The position numbers and the translations under genes were made by a program. DNA of 64,000 nucleotides from Bryobacterales bacterium (lineage in GTDB: Bacteria; Acidobacteriota; Terriglobia; Bryobacterales; UBA6623), in assembly GCA_963422375.2 (NCBI GenBank), contig OY729427.2:1632001-1696000 (forward strand). The letters are read 5' to 3'. Under the pieces are notes generated by a model that was not told the origin of the DNA, did no database searches, and saw nothing but the letters and a program-made list of their open reading frames with translations. The stretch's first letter is position 1. The number at the start of each line of letters is the position of its first letter. This document shows positions 43,988-55,201 of this stretch, piece after piece.

Positions 43988-45382
43988 ATGAACTACGACG
44001 TATTGGTCATCGGCAGCGGGCCGGGCGGCTACGTGGCCGCCATCCGGGCTGCCCAGTACGGACTCAAGGCCGGCGTGATCGAGAAGGAGCCCCACCTCGG
44101 GGGGACCTGCCTGCACGTGGGATGCATTCCGACGAAGGCCCTGCTGCATTTCGCGGAGGTCTACGAAGCCGTCCTGCACGGCGACGAGATCGGCATCCGC
44201 GCCGAAAATGTCGCGGTCGACCTCGAGGCGATGGGGCGCCGCAAGGGCGCGATTGTCGGCAAGCATGCCCAGGGCGTCGGGCAGCTCCTCAAGAAGCGCG
44301 GCATCGACGTGATTCGCGGCTACGGCACCCTGCGCGGCGGCGGGACGGTCAGCGTCGCCGGCGACGGGGGCGAGCGCCGGTTGCAGGCTTCGCACGTGAT
44401 TCTCGCGACCGGCTCCGAGGCCCGCATGCTGCCGGGCTTGAATCCGAGTTCCGGGCGGGTACTGACGAACGTGGAGATCCTGGACCTCAAGCAGGTGCCC
44501 GCCTCGCTCGCCGTCATCGGCGCCGGAGCCGTCGGCGTCGAGTTCGCGTCGATCTTTCGCAGCTTTGGCTCGGAGGTGGCGGTCTTCGAGATGCTCCCGC
44601 GCATCGTGCCGCTGGAAGACGACGAGGTCTCGGCGGGGCTGCTCCGAGTGTTCCGGTCCCGCGGGATCGAGGTGTTCGCCGGCACCGCCGTGGAGCGGGT
44701 CGAGGAGACGCCCGGCGGCATCGCGCTGACCTTCAGCGGACCGGACGGCGGCAAGCAGGTGCGGGAGTTCGAGAAGCTGCTGGTAGCTGTCGGCCGCAAG
44801 CCCAACACGGACCGGGTCGGCCTCGAGAACACCGCGATCGAGACCGAGCGGGGCTTCGTGCCGGTGAGCGGCTACATGGAGACCGCCGAGATGGGAGTCT
44901 ACGCGATCGGCGACATCGTGGCCGGCTCGCCGCAGCTCGCGCATGTCGCCTCCGCCGAGGGCCTGCTCGCGGCCGCCCGGATCGCGGGCAAGGACGCGAG
45001 CCCCATCGACTACAACCTGAATCCCAACTGCACCTACTGCGAGCCGCAGGTCGCCAGCGTGGGCCTCAGCGAGCGGGCGGCGCGCGACTCCGGCCGCGAG
45101 GTCCAGGTGTCCAAGTTCCCGTTCGCCGCCAACAGCAAGGCGTCCATCCTGGGAAGCCACGCCGGCTTCGTGAAGGTCGTCGCGGACCGGGAGTTCGGAG
45201 AGATCCTCGGAGTCCACATTCTGGGACCGCAGGCGACCGAGGTGATTCACGAGGCGGTCGTGGCGATGCAGAGCGAGGCGACGGTGGATTCCATGCGCGC
45301 CACGATCCACGCGCACCCGACCTTGTCCGAGGCCGTGCTCGAGGCCTTCAACGGCATCTACGGGCAGGCGATCAATGCCTGA
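43988..45382 (+). CDS. lpdA: Dihydrolipoyl dehydrogenase (E3)
   Basis: IGSGPGGYVAA, GGTCLHVGCIPTK, HAHPTLSE. Confidence 0.97.
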   Translation: MNYDVLVIGSGPGGYVAAIRAAQYGLKAGVIEKEPHLGGTCLHVGCIPTKALLHFAEVYEAVLHGDEIGIRAENVAVDLEAMGRRKGAIVGKHAQGVGQLLKKRGIDVIRGYGTLRGGGTVSVAGDGGERRLQASHVILATGSEARMLPGLNPSSGRVLTNVEILDLKQVPASLAVIGAGAVGVEFASIFRSFGSEVAVFEMLPRIVPLEDDEVSAGLLRVFRSRGIEVFAGTAVERVEETPGGIALTFSGPDGGKQVREFEKLLVAVGRKPNTDRVGLENTAIETERGFVPVSGYMETAEMGVYAIGDIVAGSPQLAHVASAEGLLAAARIAGKDASPIDYNLNPNCTYCEPQVASVGLSERAARDSGREVQVSKFPFAANSKASILGSHAGFVKVVADREFGEILGVHILGPQATEVIHEAVVAMQSEATVDSMRATIHAHPTLSEAVLEAFNGIYGQAINA

Positions 45383-46091
45383 ACCGGCCGCGGCCCTTGC
45401 CGGCGGGCCTCGGCCGTCGCCTGTCGCGCAGGGCCCGCCCTGCGAGATCCGTGATCTCGGGCGGGTCGCGTTCCGGCAGGCGTGGGATCTGCAGCTGGAA
45501 CTGGTGCGCGCCCGCAAGGCGGGTTCGGCGTGCGACCAGCTGCTGGTCGTCGAGCACCCTCCGACCATCACTCTGGGGCGCAACGCGCAGGCGGCGCACG
45601 TCCTGGCCGACCCGGCAGTGCTCCGTCGCATGGGGATCGAGGTCGCGGGGACCGACCGCGGCGGTGACGTGACCTATCACGGTCCCGGCCAGGTGGTCGT
45701 CTATCCGATCCTAGACCTGAGGGAGTGGCGCAGGGATGTCGGCGCCTACCTGCGGGCGCTCGAGTCGGTCATGATGGCGGTCTTGCTCGACTTCGGCATC
45801 CGCTCGCGACGGCTCGAAGGCATGACGGGCGTGTGGGTCGGGGACTCCAAGATCGGGGCGCTAGGCGTCCACCTGAGCCGCTGGGTGAGCTCCCACGGTC
45901 TCGCGCTGAACGTCAGCACCTTCCTCGCGCATTTCGACCTGATCGTGCCTTGCGGCCTGGCTAGGCCGGTCACGTCGATGGAGCGGGTGCTGGGCTGGGC
46001 CCCGGGCCGGGCAGCCGTCGTCCGCGCGCTTTGCGCCCGATTCGGCGAGGAATTCGGGCGCACCATGACCCGCGCCGGGTCCGCAACCTAG
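45375..46091 (+). CDS. lipB: Lipoyl(octanoyl) transferase
   Basis: EHPPTITLGR, DRGGDVTYHGPGQ, HGLALNV, IVPCGL. Confidence 0.95.
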   Translation: MPEPAAALAGGPRPSPVAQGPPCEIRDLGRVAFRQAWDLQLELVRARKAGSACDQLLVVEHPPTITLGRNAQAAHVLADPAVLRRMGIEVAGTDRGGDVTYHGPGQVVVYPILDLREWRRDVGAYLRALESVMMAVLLDFGIRSRRLEGMTGVWVGDSKIGALGVHLSRWVSSHGLALNVSTFLAHFDLIVPCGLARPVTSMERVLGWAPGRAAVVRALCARFGEEFGRTMTRAGSAT

Positions 46092-46130
46092 AATCGCAAG
46101 TAGGAGCTTGCAGGGAGAGGAAGAGCCGCA

Positions 46131-47381
46131 ATGGCCGATGTCGTAATGCCCCAGATGGGCGAGAGCATTGTCGAAGGGACTATCACCAAGTGGCTGAAGG
46201 GTCCGGGAGACAAGGTTGAGCGCGACGAGGCGCTCTTCGAGATCTCGACCGACAAGGTCGACTCGGAGGTCCCCGCGCCCGATTCCGGGGTACTCGAAGC
46301 GGTCTTCTTCCCCGAGGGCGAAACGGTCGAGATAAATACCGTGGTCGCCGTCATCGGGGACGGATCCAGGGTCGGAGAGCACAGCGCGCCGACCGCGGCG
46401 GCCGTGCCGGCGCCGCCCGTCACCGCTCCCCCCGCGTCGGCACCTGTGGCGGAACCGGCGGCTCCCCCCGCGCCTGCGCCCGAGCCGGGCAAGCGCATCC
46501 GCAGCTCGCCGCTGGTCCGTCGCATCACCAAGGAGAGGGGAATCGACCTTGCCCTTGTCGGCAAAGGCAGCGGGGCCGGGGGCAGGATCACCAAGAGCGA
46601 CATCCTCTCCCACATCGAGACGCAGGAGCGCGTCGCCGCCTCGGACCAGTCGGCCAGCGCCTTCCCGGCCGCGCCCGAGGCCCGATTCGGCGACTTCGAT
46701 GTCGAGCCGCTCAGCGCGATGCGCGTGAGCATCGCCGAGCACATGATCCGGACCATGCGGGTGGCCCCCCACGTCTCGACGGTGCATGCGGTGGATTGCA
46801 CGAAGATCGCCAGCCTGCGCAGAGCGGCGAAGGACCAGTTCTTGGAGCGCAACGGCACCAAGCTGACATTCATGCCATTCTTCCTGCAGGCCGTGGCGTC
46901 CGCTCTGAAGGCCTATCCCACGGTGAACGCCTCGCTTGACGGCAAGAACCTCGTCAGGCACAGGGAAATCAACGTGGGCGTCGCCGTGGCCTTGGACTGG
47001 GGCCTGATCGTGCCGGTGATCAGGAACGCCGACGAGAAGAGCCTGGTCGGTTTGCAGCGATCTGTCAACGACCTCGCGACGCGTGCGCGCGCGAAGGCGC
47101 TCAAGCGCGACGAGATCTCGCAGGGGACATTCTCGATATCGAACTACGGCAGCTACAACTCGCTGCTGGCAACGCCGGCCATCAACCAGCCGCAGGTGGC
47201 GATCCTCGGGATCGGCGCGGTCACCAAGGCGCCCGTCGTCATCAACGACGCGATCGCGATCCGTTCGATTTCATACCTGACGCTCAGCTTTGATCACCGC
47301 GTGATCGACGGGGCTGTCGCGGACTTGTTCCTCGAGCACATCAGAGAGATCGTGGAGAACTGGAACGCTCCCGTCCTGTAG
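46131..47381 (+). CDS. 2-oxoacid dehydrogenase E2 dihydrolipoamide acyltransferase (SucB/PdhC-like)
   Basis: Lipoyl STDKVDSE, E3-binding SSPLVRR..GRITKSD, catalytic SFDHRVIDG. Confidence 0.93.
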   Translation: MADVVMPQMGESIVEGTITKWLKGPGDKVERDEALFEISTDKVDSEVPAPDSGVLEAVFFPEGETVEINTVVAVIGDGSRVGEHSAPTAAAVPAPPVTAPPASAPVAEPAAPPAPAPEPGKRIRSSPLVRRITKERGIDLALVGKGSGAGGRITKSDILSHIETQERVAASDQSASAFPAAPEARFGDFDVEPLSAMRVSIAEHMIRTMRVAPHVSTVHAVDCTKIASLRRAAKDQFLERNGTKLTFMPFFLQAVASALKAYPTVNASLDGKNLVRHREINVGVAVALDWGLIVPVIRNADEKSLVGLQRSVNDLATRARAKALKRDEISQGTFSISNYGSYNSLLATPAINQPQVAILGIGAVTKAPVVINDAIAIRSISYLTLSFDHRVIDGAVADLFLEHIREIVENWNAPVL

Positions 47382-47685
47382 CGGGCCCGACACCTTCGAG
47401 CGGGCTCGGGGGAACCTCGGCGATGAGTGCGCGGGCGTGCCCAGCCGAGCCTGCTTCAAAGGGGTCGCGCTCGATCCCTTCAATAGCGGCAAGAGCGTGG
47501 CGCGACGCTGAGGGTCGCATCTCTCCCCGGACGTGCGGGAGTCAGGAACCGGAGCGAATTATCCCAGCAGGCCCGTCGTCGGTGGACCGAGCGCCGTCCT
47601 TCGACACGACACCGTGATCGGGGGCTGGACGGTCGTCGACCAAGAGTCGCGAGCGACACAGAACCGAGCTGTACGCAAATACCGT

Positions 47686-48599
47686 CCTGATTACCCACAA
47701 GACTCAGCCAAGGTTAGGAGGCGGAAAGGCATGGGCGGGGTGCGCACGGAGGCGTGGAGCAGGCGGGGGACCAGCGCCTCCAGGTCGTAGCGGCGGTTGA
47801 AGCGGTAGCAGAACGCGGCGAGGTACCGCGGCAGGTGCTTGCCGTCGAGCGCATGGCAGGTTCCCGCCAGGGACTGCTTGACGTTCGCCAGCATCGTTCT
47901 GACCCGGACGAAGCGGGAATCCCCGCAGCTCCGCTGCCCGCCTGCGGTGACGGTCGGCACGTGCTCGCAGCCGGCGCCGGCCACGCCCCGGAAGCAGGCC
48001 GGGCCGTCGGAATGCACCTCCGTGCCGGGCTGCAAGTGCCGCCCGGCCCATGCTGCCAGCGTCTTCTTGCGGAAGCCCGCCACGCTGCTCAGGCGCATCC
48101 TTGCCGGCTGGCCGTCGGCGCTGACCTGCACGGCGGCCACGAACGGCGTCTTGCCCGCCGCGCCGCGCCCGCGCTTGCCGCCGCTCCGCTCCCCGCCCCG
48201 GCAGGCGTCGTCCACTGGCACGATGCCGTGCAGCGGCACGCGCTCGTCGCGCTCCTTCAGCACTTGCAAAAGCTTGTGCTTCATCTTCCAAGCCGTGTTC
48301 CGGCTGACCCCCAGCTGCCGCGCCAGTTCCAGCGACGAAACGCCGTGCTGGCCCTGCGTCAGCAGGTGGAGCGCCAGCAACCGGACGGTCAGCGGCAGCT
48401 TGGTGGCGGCGAAGATCGTGCCGGCGACGAGGGAGGTCCGGCGGTGGCAGGCATGGCACTGCCGGAGCTTGCGGGAGCGGATGCGGCAGTGCCGTCGGGA
48501 GCCGCACTCCGGGCAGCGGAAGCCGTCCGGCCAGCGGGCGTTGCAGACGGCCTGCTCGCATGGCCCCTCGCTGCCGTAGCGCTGCCCGAGACATGGCAC
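47686..48599 (-). mobile_element. IS1595-family transposase, degenerate, left end apparently missing
   Basis: RWPDGFRCPECG zinc ribbon, GTIFAATKLPL, GKRGRGA, HSDG, YLAAFCYRFNRR; terminal CCTGATTACC at 47686. Confidence 0.85.
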
Positions 48600-49142
48600 T
48601 CTGCTAAACTATGCTACGATACAAGGTTTGGCATGGGCGCTGCCCGTTGCGACTGTTACTTCAAGCTGGAGCTCGGATCAAATTTGTCATGGGGAGACAG
48701 CGAGCTACGCGAGACGATTACAGGGAATATTTCGGTCTTCCCGCATCCGGTTCGCCACCGCTCGGGTTCTCGGCTTGGGCCCGACGGTCAGTCGCTCGGG
48801 TCGAGGCAGAGATCGGAGGAAGCTGCCTCTCGGATGCCCAGAGGGAATCACTGCTGGAGGGCCTCCATCGAAGCATGGCATTGCTAGGTGCGGACAGGCC
48901 GAGGGCCGGGCAGCAGCAGGGACGTGACGTCTGCGATGCGGCGGGGACGGTGGCGAGGCCAAATCGGGAGGGTGCGGTCTCGGTCGACCCGCTCGGGGCG
49001 CGGTGGGTGTTGGGTCACCAAGCCTTGGAAGTTCTCTTGGCGGGGCTCGTTCGTGTGCTGGCGGGGTCGTCGGAGCGGGTCGGAAACGAATCCGTCGCTA
49101 AGGCAGTCATGAATAAGGAGCAACCTGAGCAGCGCGTTTTAC

Positions 49143-49586
49143 GTGTTCCGGGCCGCGAAAGTCTGCCTATTGCGATCAAAATCGCCCTGTTTTGTGACGA
49201 TTGGGCTCAGCCCGGCGGACGGAGTGCGTGCGGCTGGGAACGTGGGAGCATACTCTGTCGCAAAGCTCGGGCTCCAGATGCTGACAAGGACGTTGGCGTC
49301 CGAGGTCGCCCCGATGGGGTTTCGGATCAACTGTGTCGCGCCCGGGCTGATCGACAACGGCCATCTCGAGGACGCGCAGATGCGGTGGATGTCGAAGAGA
49401 GTGCCGGCCGGGCGTCTCGGCCGCGTTGAGGAAGTTGCAGCATGCGTGAGCTTTCTGTTGCGCCCGGAATCGTCTTACGTTAATGGGGCGACGCTAGCGG
49501 TGAGCGGTGGTTGGGACTGGTTTGATCGCGACTCAAGTTACGATACGGCCGTGAAGGAAACCTTCGCTGAGGAGATCCGACGCTGA
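49143..49586 (+). pseudogene. SDR family oxidoreductase, C-terminal half only
   Basis: YSVAK catalytic motif, RINCVAPG, PAGRLG, YVNG; no TGxxxGIG found upstream. Confidence 0.75.
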
Positions 49587-50752
49587 TGCCTGCCGCTGCT
49601 CTCAGTCTCAGGGGATGTCGCTTGGACGAATATGTGCGCGAGCATTTTCGGAATTCGCTGCTCGATTTTGCAACCGGCTCGCCCATGGAGACCCCGCCTA
49701 GCCTCTTGAGAGTTGAGGCGGTGGGTGCGGTCTTGAAGGCTCTGCAAGAGCGAAGCGATTCTTCGGGCTTGCAGGCCTTACGCGACGCCGTGGAGTCGAA
49801 GCTAGTCGCTAGCGGCCTCAGCTCGAATGCAGAGTACGAGATCGCCATTACCAACGGGGCGACGGGGGGCCTGCAGGCAGCGCTCTTTGCTGCAGTCGGG
49901 CATGGTGACGAAGTGCTTGTGCCCGTGCCGGGCTATCCAGTCTTCGACGCTATCCGCTTGGCAGGTGCCACACCCGTTGCAGTCGCACTTGAAGCACCCA
50001 GTTGGACGCTGAGGCCCGAAGCCCTGCTTTCCGCGATTACGCCGAGAACGCGTGCAATATACATCAATCAACCGAGCAACCCGACCGGGCGCGTACTCAC
50101 GGCGTTTGAAGTCGCCCTAGTCAGGTCGGTCTGTCTGGAGCGGAAGCTGTACGTCATTGAGGATGCGACGTACGAAGAGATCTACTTTGCCAAGCAACCG
50201 GTGGCCTTGGGATCCGAAGATCGGATAAGCGAGCGAGTCATCCGAGTCGGAAGTTTCTCCAAGACATACAACGTCCCAGGCTGGAGATTGGGGTATGTGG
50301 TGGGTTTGGGGGACGTTGGCCGTCGCGTTAGGCGCGTCAGCGAGACTGTCACGGGAGGCATTTGCACGCCGTTGCAGGAGGCGATGGTCGCGGCTTCGTT
50401 CGCTACCTTGATTGACTTGGATGCGATGCGCACGCGATATAGGAAAGTGCGAGATTGCTTTGTTTCCGTGCTAAATCGGTTTGGATTCCAATTCGAAAGA
50501 CCGGACGGGGGCATCTACGTTTTCGCCAATTGCCCAGCCGGTCTGGGCCCGGAAGATTTGCTGCGCAAGGGCGTGGCCACGATGCCCGGTTGGTTGTTTT
50601 ACCCAGACGAGGGGCGGCATTCTTCGCGAACACGGTTCTGCTTCACTCGGCCGAGGGCGCGTCTCGGAGAGCTTCGTGCAGTGTTTTGCCGAAGCGTCGT
50701 CGCGGAGGTAGGGCCCGATACAACCTGCAGGGGGAGGGGGTCTGTCGCGTGA
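49586..50752 (+). CDS. PLP-dependent aminotransferase class I/II
   Basis: ITNGATGG, NQPSNPTG, EDATY, SFSKTYNVPGWRLGY; TGATG overlap with the SDR. Confidence 0.9.
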   Translation: MPAAALSLRGCRLDEYVREHFRNSLLDFATGSPMETPPSLLRVEAVGAVLKALQERSDSSGLQALRDAVESKLVASGLSSNAEYEIAITNGATGGLQAALFAAVGHGDEVLVPVPGYPVFDAIRLAGATPVAVALEAPSWTLRPEALLSAITPRTRAIYINQPSNPTGRVLTAFEVALVRSVCLERKLYVIEDATYEEIYFAKQPVALGSEDRISERVIRVGSFSKTYNVPGWRLGYVVGLGDVGRRVRRVSETVTGGICTPLQEAMVAASFATLIDLDAMRTRYRKVRDCFVSVLNRFGFQFERPDGGIYVFANCPAGLGPEDLLRKGVATMPGWLFYPDEGRHSSRTRFCFTRPRARLGELRAVFCRSVVAEVGPDTTCRGRGSVA

Positions 50753-51447
50753 GATTCGTTGTGCATAAGGGAATCCGAGATGCGTTCCCGGGGATGAAGC
50801 TTGCCGTTGGGTACGGTACGGGCTTGGATAACACGGGTCGTGGCCGTCGCATTCTCGAGGCACTGAGATCCGAAGAGGAGCGTCTCCGTGACCGCTGGGC
50901 ATATTCGAACGCGCAGTCACACCCCAGCATCGCTTGCTGGAGGACGGCGATGAAGCGGAACGGAGTGAAGGCTGCGATGTTCCCGAGTGCGATCGAGAGC
51001 TTGGTCAGGCAGGTGATCACCGGGCGTCACCTCGCGAACATCAACCCGTTGGTCAACCTTGGCAATCTCGTGGCGATCAGGCACCTGACCCCGGTCGGGC
51101 TCTTCTCGGCGAGTGTCGAGATACACCTGCGGCATACAAGAAGCGGCGAGCGCTTCACGGAAATCGGTCGGTCGGAGTCGGTGGGGCTCAACGAAGGGGA
51201 AATTTGCTACGCCACGCCGAGTGCGGTGATCACGCGACACTTCGTTTGGCGGCAGGGCGAAGAAGCCAAAGTAACGCCCGGTACACGGGATTTCTTCTTT
51301 GTTAGCGAGGTGCTTCCGGAGCTTGAACCGGTGACGGCGAGTAGGGTCCTAGACGACTTTGTACAAGATGTCGGTCGGTATTTCAACATTCGGATGAGGG
51401 CCGGGATGCTGACATCGCAGCCCAGTGAATGGAGCTTCGCGGGTTGA
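50749..51447 (+). CDS. Stand-alone B3/B4 domain protein (PheRS-beta editing-like)
   Basis: HPSIACWR, PSAIESL, INPLVNLGN, GEICY, WRQG...KVTPGT; GTGA overlap with the aminotransferase. Confidence 0.82.
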   Translation: MRFVVHKGIRDAFPGMKLAVGYGTGLDNTGRGRRILEALRSEEERLRDRWAYSNAQSHPSIACWRTAMKRNGVKAAMFPSAIESLVRQVITGRHLANINPLVNLGNLVAIRHLTPVGLFSASVEIHLRHTRSGERFTEIGRSESVGLNEGEICYATPSAVITRHFVWRQGEEAKVTPGTRDFFFVSEVLPELEPVTASRVLDDFVQDVGRYFNIRMRAGMLTSQPSEWSFAG

Positions 51448-51470
51448 GCATCTTGAAATCGCACGGAACG

Positions 51471-51989
51471 ATGCCTGTCGAATATCATGTTGCGCAGTTC
51501 AACATTGCGCGAATGAAACGACCACTTTCCGACCCGGCGATGGGCGGTTTCGTTGGTCATCTCAAGCCGATCAACGCGCTGGCGGACCGCAATCCCGAGC
51601 ACATTTGGAGGTTGCAGGACGAGGATGGCGATGCCACGGCGATTCGTGCGTATCCGGAGGACCCTTCCTTGCTTGTCACGCTTTCAGTATGGACGTCGAT
51701 CAACGCCCTTTTCGACTTCGCGTACTCGAGAGAACACGCAGCTGTGATGAGGGGTCGAGCACAGTGGTTCGAGGAAATTGACGAGCCCTACATCGTGCTC
51801 TGGTACGTCAGAAAAGGCACAGTCCCGTCTCTTGACGAGGCGAAGATGCGCCTCGCCTACCTGAGGGTGCATGGCTCAACTCCGCGAGCCTTCAACTTCA
51901 AGAATCGCTTTTTGCCTGAAGAGGCGGCGGAGTTGGAGGCGTTCCACGAGGGCCGGATAGTGGCGCGGCAGTCGACACACGCTAGCTAG
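51471..51989 (+). CDS. DUF3291 domain protein (dimeric alpha+beta barrel)
   Basis: HVAQFNIAR, INALAD, WRLQDEDGDAT, LSVW, WF..IVLWYV, HGSTPRAFNF. Alternative TTG start at 51444. Confidence 0.82.
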   Translation: MPVEYHVAQFNIARMKRPLSDPAMGGFVGHLKPINALADRNPEHIWRLQDEDGDATAIRAYPEDPSLLVTLSVWTSINALFDFAYSREHAAVMRGRAQWFEEIDEPYIVLWYVRKGTVPSLDEAKMRLAYLRVHGSTPRAFNFKNRFLPEEAAELEAFHEGRIVARQSTHAS

Positions 51990-52016
51990 GCAGCTGTAGG
52001 CTAGTCGGAGTGGACT

Positions 52017-53240
52017 ATGGCTAAGGTATTCATCGAGTTCAGTGCTGGTATTGGACCGCTTATTCGCTGTCTTCCGATCTCTCGAGAGTTGCGAAAGATG
52101 GGCCACGAAGTTCGATTTTTCGCAAGAGATCGCGCCGGTGACTATATGAAGCTTGAAGGGTTCGAGGCAATTGACCTTGATCCGGACAGCGTTGCACTCG
52201 AGAATAAGATCAACCCCAGTTGGGTTACAATTGATGAATTCTACGGAATGATGGGATTCGACGATCTGGCTTGGCTGAGTGATCGCCAAGATAAATGGCA
52301 AGCAGCGCTCTTGAGCTGGATGCCAGATCTAATTGTTGCGGATTTGGGTGCCCTCTCAATGATTGCTGCTCGCGTTTTGAAAATACCACTAGTTACGATC
52401 ACTCAGAGTTGCTATCACCCGCATCTGAAACTTGAAAGAATTCAATATTGGGCTCCTAGAGCGAGCCAGACTCCACGTTGTCTTGAGGTAGTGAACACGT
52501 ATTTCTCGAAATCAGGTGTCCCTGCAGTCCGCTGTTTTCAAGACCTGCACATCGGTACAGGAGCGACAGTGATTCCCGGATTTCCAGAATTCGACAAGCT
52601 TGTACCTAGCTGGGAGTCTCAGACTGTATACGCCGGACCGGTCTTGGCAAGTGATTTTGGCCATGGGAAGAGACGGCCTCTTCACGGAGGTGAGCCTATG
52701 CATGGGAAGCCACCTCGATTGTTTTGCTACACGGGCCGCCTCCGGGACTGGGCAGGAAATAGCGGTATGTTCCTATTCGATTCCGTTGTCTCTGCTCTCA
52801 AGGGGACTGAGTGTCAGGTGGTCTTTTCGACAGGAGGACTTGACAGTGATTTGCCACGGGTAGCGGGCACTGGTTTGGCAGAAGTGACAATTACGAACTG
52901 GATCCCGATGGACTTGGCGTATACACGCAGTGACTTGGTAATTCATCATGGCGGCCACGGCAGTTGCATGGGTCTGTTTTGGTACGGCGTACCGGGTCTT
53001 GTCTTACCCACTCACACAGAGCGCGAGTACAACGCTCGCATGGTCCAGCATCTTGGTTGTGGCAGATATATTTCTAGGGAAGATATATCAAGGAGCGCGA
53101 TCACCGAGACTCTCCACGCAATGCTGGAGGACCCTTCGTCTCGCACAAGGGTCCGAGCATACCGAGAAATGTTGCGCAAGAAGTATCCGAACCCTGGACA
53201 GATTGGTGCCGATGCAATTGCAAAGGTCATTCAAGCGTGA
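52017..53240 (+). CDS. GT-B glycosyltransferase (GT1/UDP-sugar small-molecule type)
   Basis: GHEVRF, PDLIVAD, WIPMD, IHHGGHGS, GVPGLVLP. Confidence 0.87.
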   Translation: MAKVFIEFSAGIGPLIRCLPISRELRKMGHEVRFFARDRAGDYMKLEGFEAIDLDPDSVALENKINPSWVTIDEFYGMMGFDDLAWLSDRQDKWQAALLSWMPDLIVADLGALSMIAARVLKIPLVTITQSCYHPHLKLERIQYWAPRASQTPRCLEVVNTYFSKSGVPAVRCFQDLHIGTGATVIPGFPEFDKLVPSWESQTVYAGPVLASDFGHGKRRPLHGGEPMHGKPPRLFCYTGRLRDWAGNSGMFLFDSVVSALKGTECQVVFSTGGLDSDLPRVAGTGLAEVTITNWIPMDLAYTRSDLVIHHGGHGSCMGLFWYGVPGLVLPTHTEREYNARMVQHLGCGRYISREDISRSAITETLHAMLEDPSSRTRVRAYREMLRKKYPNPGQIGADAIAKVIQA

Positions 53241-53416
53241 CCTGATTCCCTACTAGCATCGTCCGATCCGGGAGATTGGTTGGTTGCAAGCGGTCGGCAA
53301 GGACGCCCTCCATAGCGACTCTCAGACCCATAAGGGCCTAGGGCTCCAGCTGCATGCCCTGCGCTAGGGCCCGAAACGACGGGGCCGTAGCGGCGAGGGC
53401 AGGTGTAACGTTACGA

Positions 53417-54155
53417 CAGCGGTTCTAAATTCGGCCATCAAGGTGGTGAGTGAACGTTGTCTCGGAGGATGAGGTGAACAAGTTGACCGAGAGGTCGCGC
53501 TACTGAGTGCGCCCCGAGGGAGCGTCGGATGGCTGGCAGGGCTGTGTCGCGACCCCGCGACGGGACCGCCTAGTGAGGGGCCCGCGGCCGGACGCACTCC
53601 GGCGGTAGCTGGTTGCCGCGGGCTGCCTTGTACCCATGAGTCTTGGTTGAGGGCAGGTTTCGGTGCAAGTTTCTGGCTTGGTCCAGGCCGATCAGCCGCT
53701 CGTACGTCTGCGTGGCCGTAGCGAGTCGCGTGTAGCCCTCCCAGAGAACCTCGCGCCCGGGCGGGGGATCGTGCTTGCGGTTGAGATAGCCGCCGAGCAT
53801 CGCCGTGGTGAGCGCTGCGCGCCCTAGGTTGTCGGGTGCCGGCAGCTGGCGAGCCTTGGCGAAGTCGCCCGGCGCCCGCAGCTCGGCGTCGGAGAATTGA
53901 TCGCGTGGCGGCAGTTCGGGCGTGTCCCGGCCCGGCAGCGTCATCACGGTCAGGCGCCACGCGATCGCCGCCTTGATCGTGACCGCCCGCTCGATCCGCT
54001 CGCCGCGGCGATGGCCGAGGTGTTCCGCCCGGCAGCCGGACTTGAGCACCCGGTGCCAGTCCTCGATGCGCCAGCGCAGGCGATACCAGACGAGGATGCG
54101 CTCCGCGTCCGCGCGCGTCCGCACCGACAAGCTCGCCAGCAGGAACCATTCCAGC
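53417..54155 (-). mobile_element. IS4 (Tn5-group) transposase C-terminal fragment with the ~200-bp end module
   Basis: LEWFLL..YRLRWRIEDWHRVLKSGC..GGYLNRKHDPPPG; inverted near-duplicate of 58355-59049; begins CAGCGGTTCT. Confidence 0.85.
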
Positions 54156-54499
54156 CTTGGACCTTGACAGGCCGGAGAAGGCCGTGGTGGCCACAATCCA
54201 CCGTGCCCGGAAGGCCCTCGCTGACGGACCTAATGCCGGTCACTTGCGAGACGCCACGCTAGCGCAGCCCGCGGTCCGCCAACTGCCCGAAGCTGAATGC
54301 TTGCCACAGTAGTCAAGTTCAATCGTTGGGATGCGCAATATGGTATAGTACCTGAAGTGCCTTGGGAGCTGAGCCGCACTTGGCGAAGGTCGGCGCGTAG
54401 CGGGACGTTCCCGCTACGCATCTCGCGGTGGTCGCATTGGGGTCTGCTCGCTTGATCGCCTCCCTGCTATCTGGAGTGGTGACTTTGCAACGCCCGCTG

Positions 54500-54870
54500 G
54501 CTGGCTCGGAGGCGCAGCTGAAGAAGCAGCGCACTCGGGCGGAAGTGGCGGAGGGACCGTGCGCCTTCCTGCTGCCGTGCGTGGTAGAGCTTGAACGGTA
54601 GCTGTTCGGACGCAGGAGCGATGCGCGGCCAGCGAGGCCCGGCGAAAGCACTGCGGCAGGCGGAGCAGCAAGATCGGCATGTCGAATCCGGAACGCACGA
54701 GCAACTTCCGCTGGCCGCTGCAGATGTATGTGCGGCGCGTTGCGACGGACGTTCGCCACTGTCCACAGTTCGGAAGGCCTTGGACGCTTGGGAAGGCGAA
54801 GATACTCCCAGAAGGGCGGTGAGGATGCGGGTCAGGTACTCCGGAGGAAGTTCGGCGGCCTTGTGAAGCG
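54500..54870 (+). mobile_element. Possible IS66 transposase N-terminal remnant
   Basis: ELER*LFGRRSD and a CPQ-containing segment in broken frames; weak. Confidence 0.3.
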
Positions 54871-55201
54871 ACGGTCGGTTAGAATTACGCGCCACGCTGT
54901 CGAGACGGCCGGAAGCAATTCAGCTCGCTGTCGAGCCTCGCATCCGGCGGATGTAGGCTGTCGTCTTGCGACCGGGACATCGTTCGATGAGCGATATCCT
55001 AAGCGAGGCGACGGCGCGATTCCTTTAGCTGGCATCATCCTTTTTGTGCCCGTCCCTACTAGGATAAATGGAGGTAGCCTTATGTCCGCCCTCACTGAGA
55101 TTGGATATGCGCGAGAGTGTTGCACCGTAACTCAACCGTCGCTACCCTATCGAGGTTCGCGGATCTTATTGCGGCTATTAGTCTTCTCGTAGGTTGAATA
55201 A

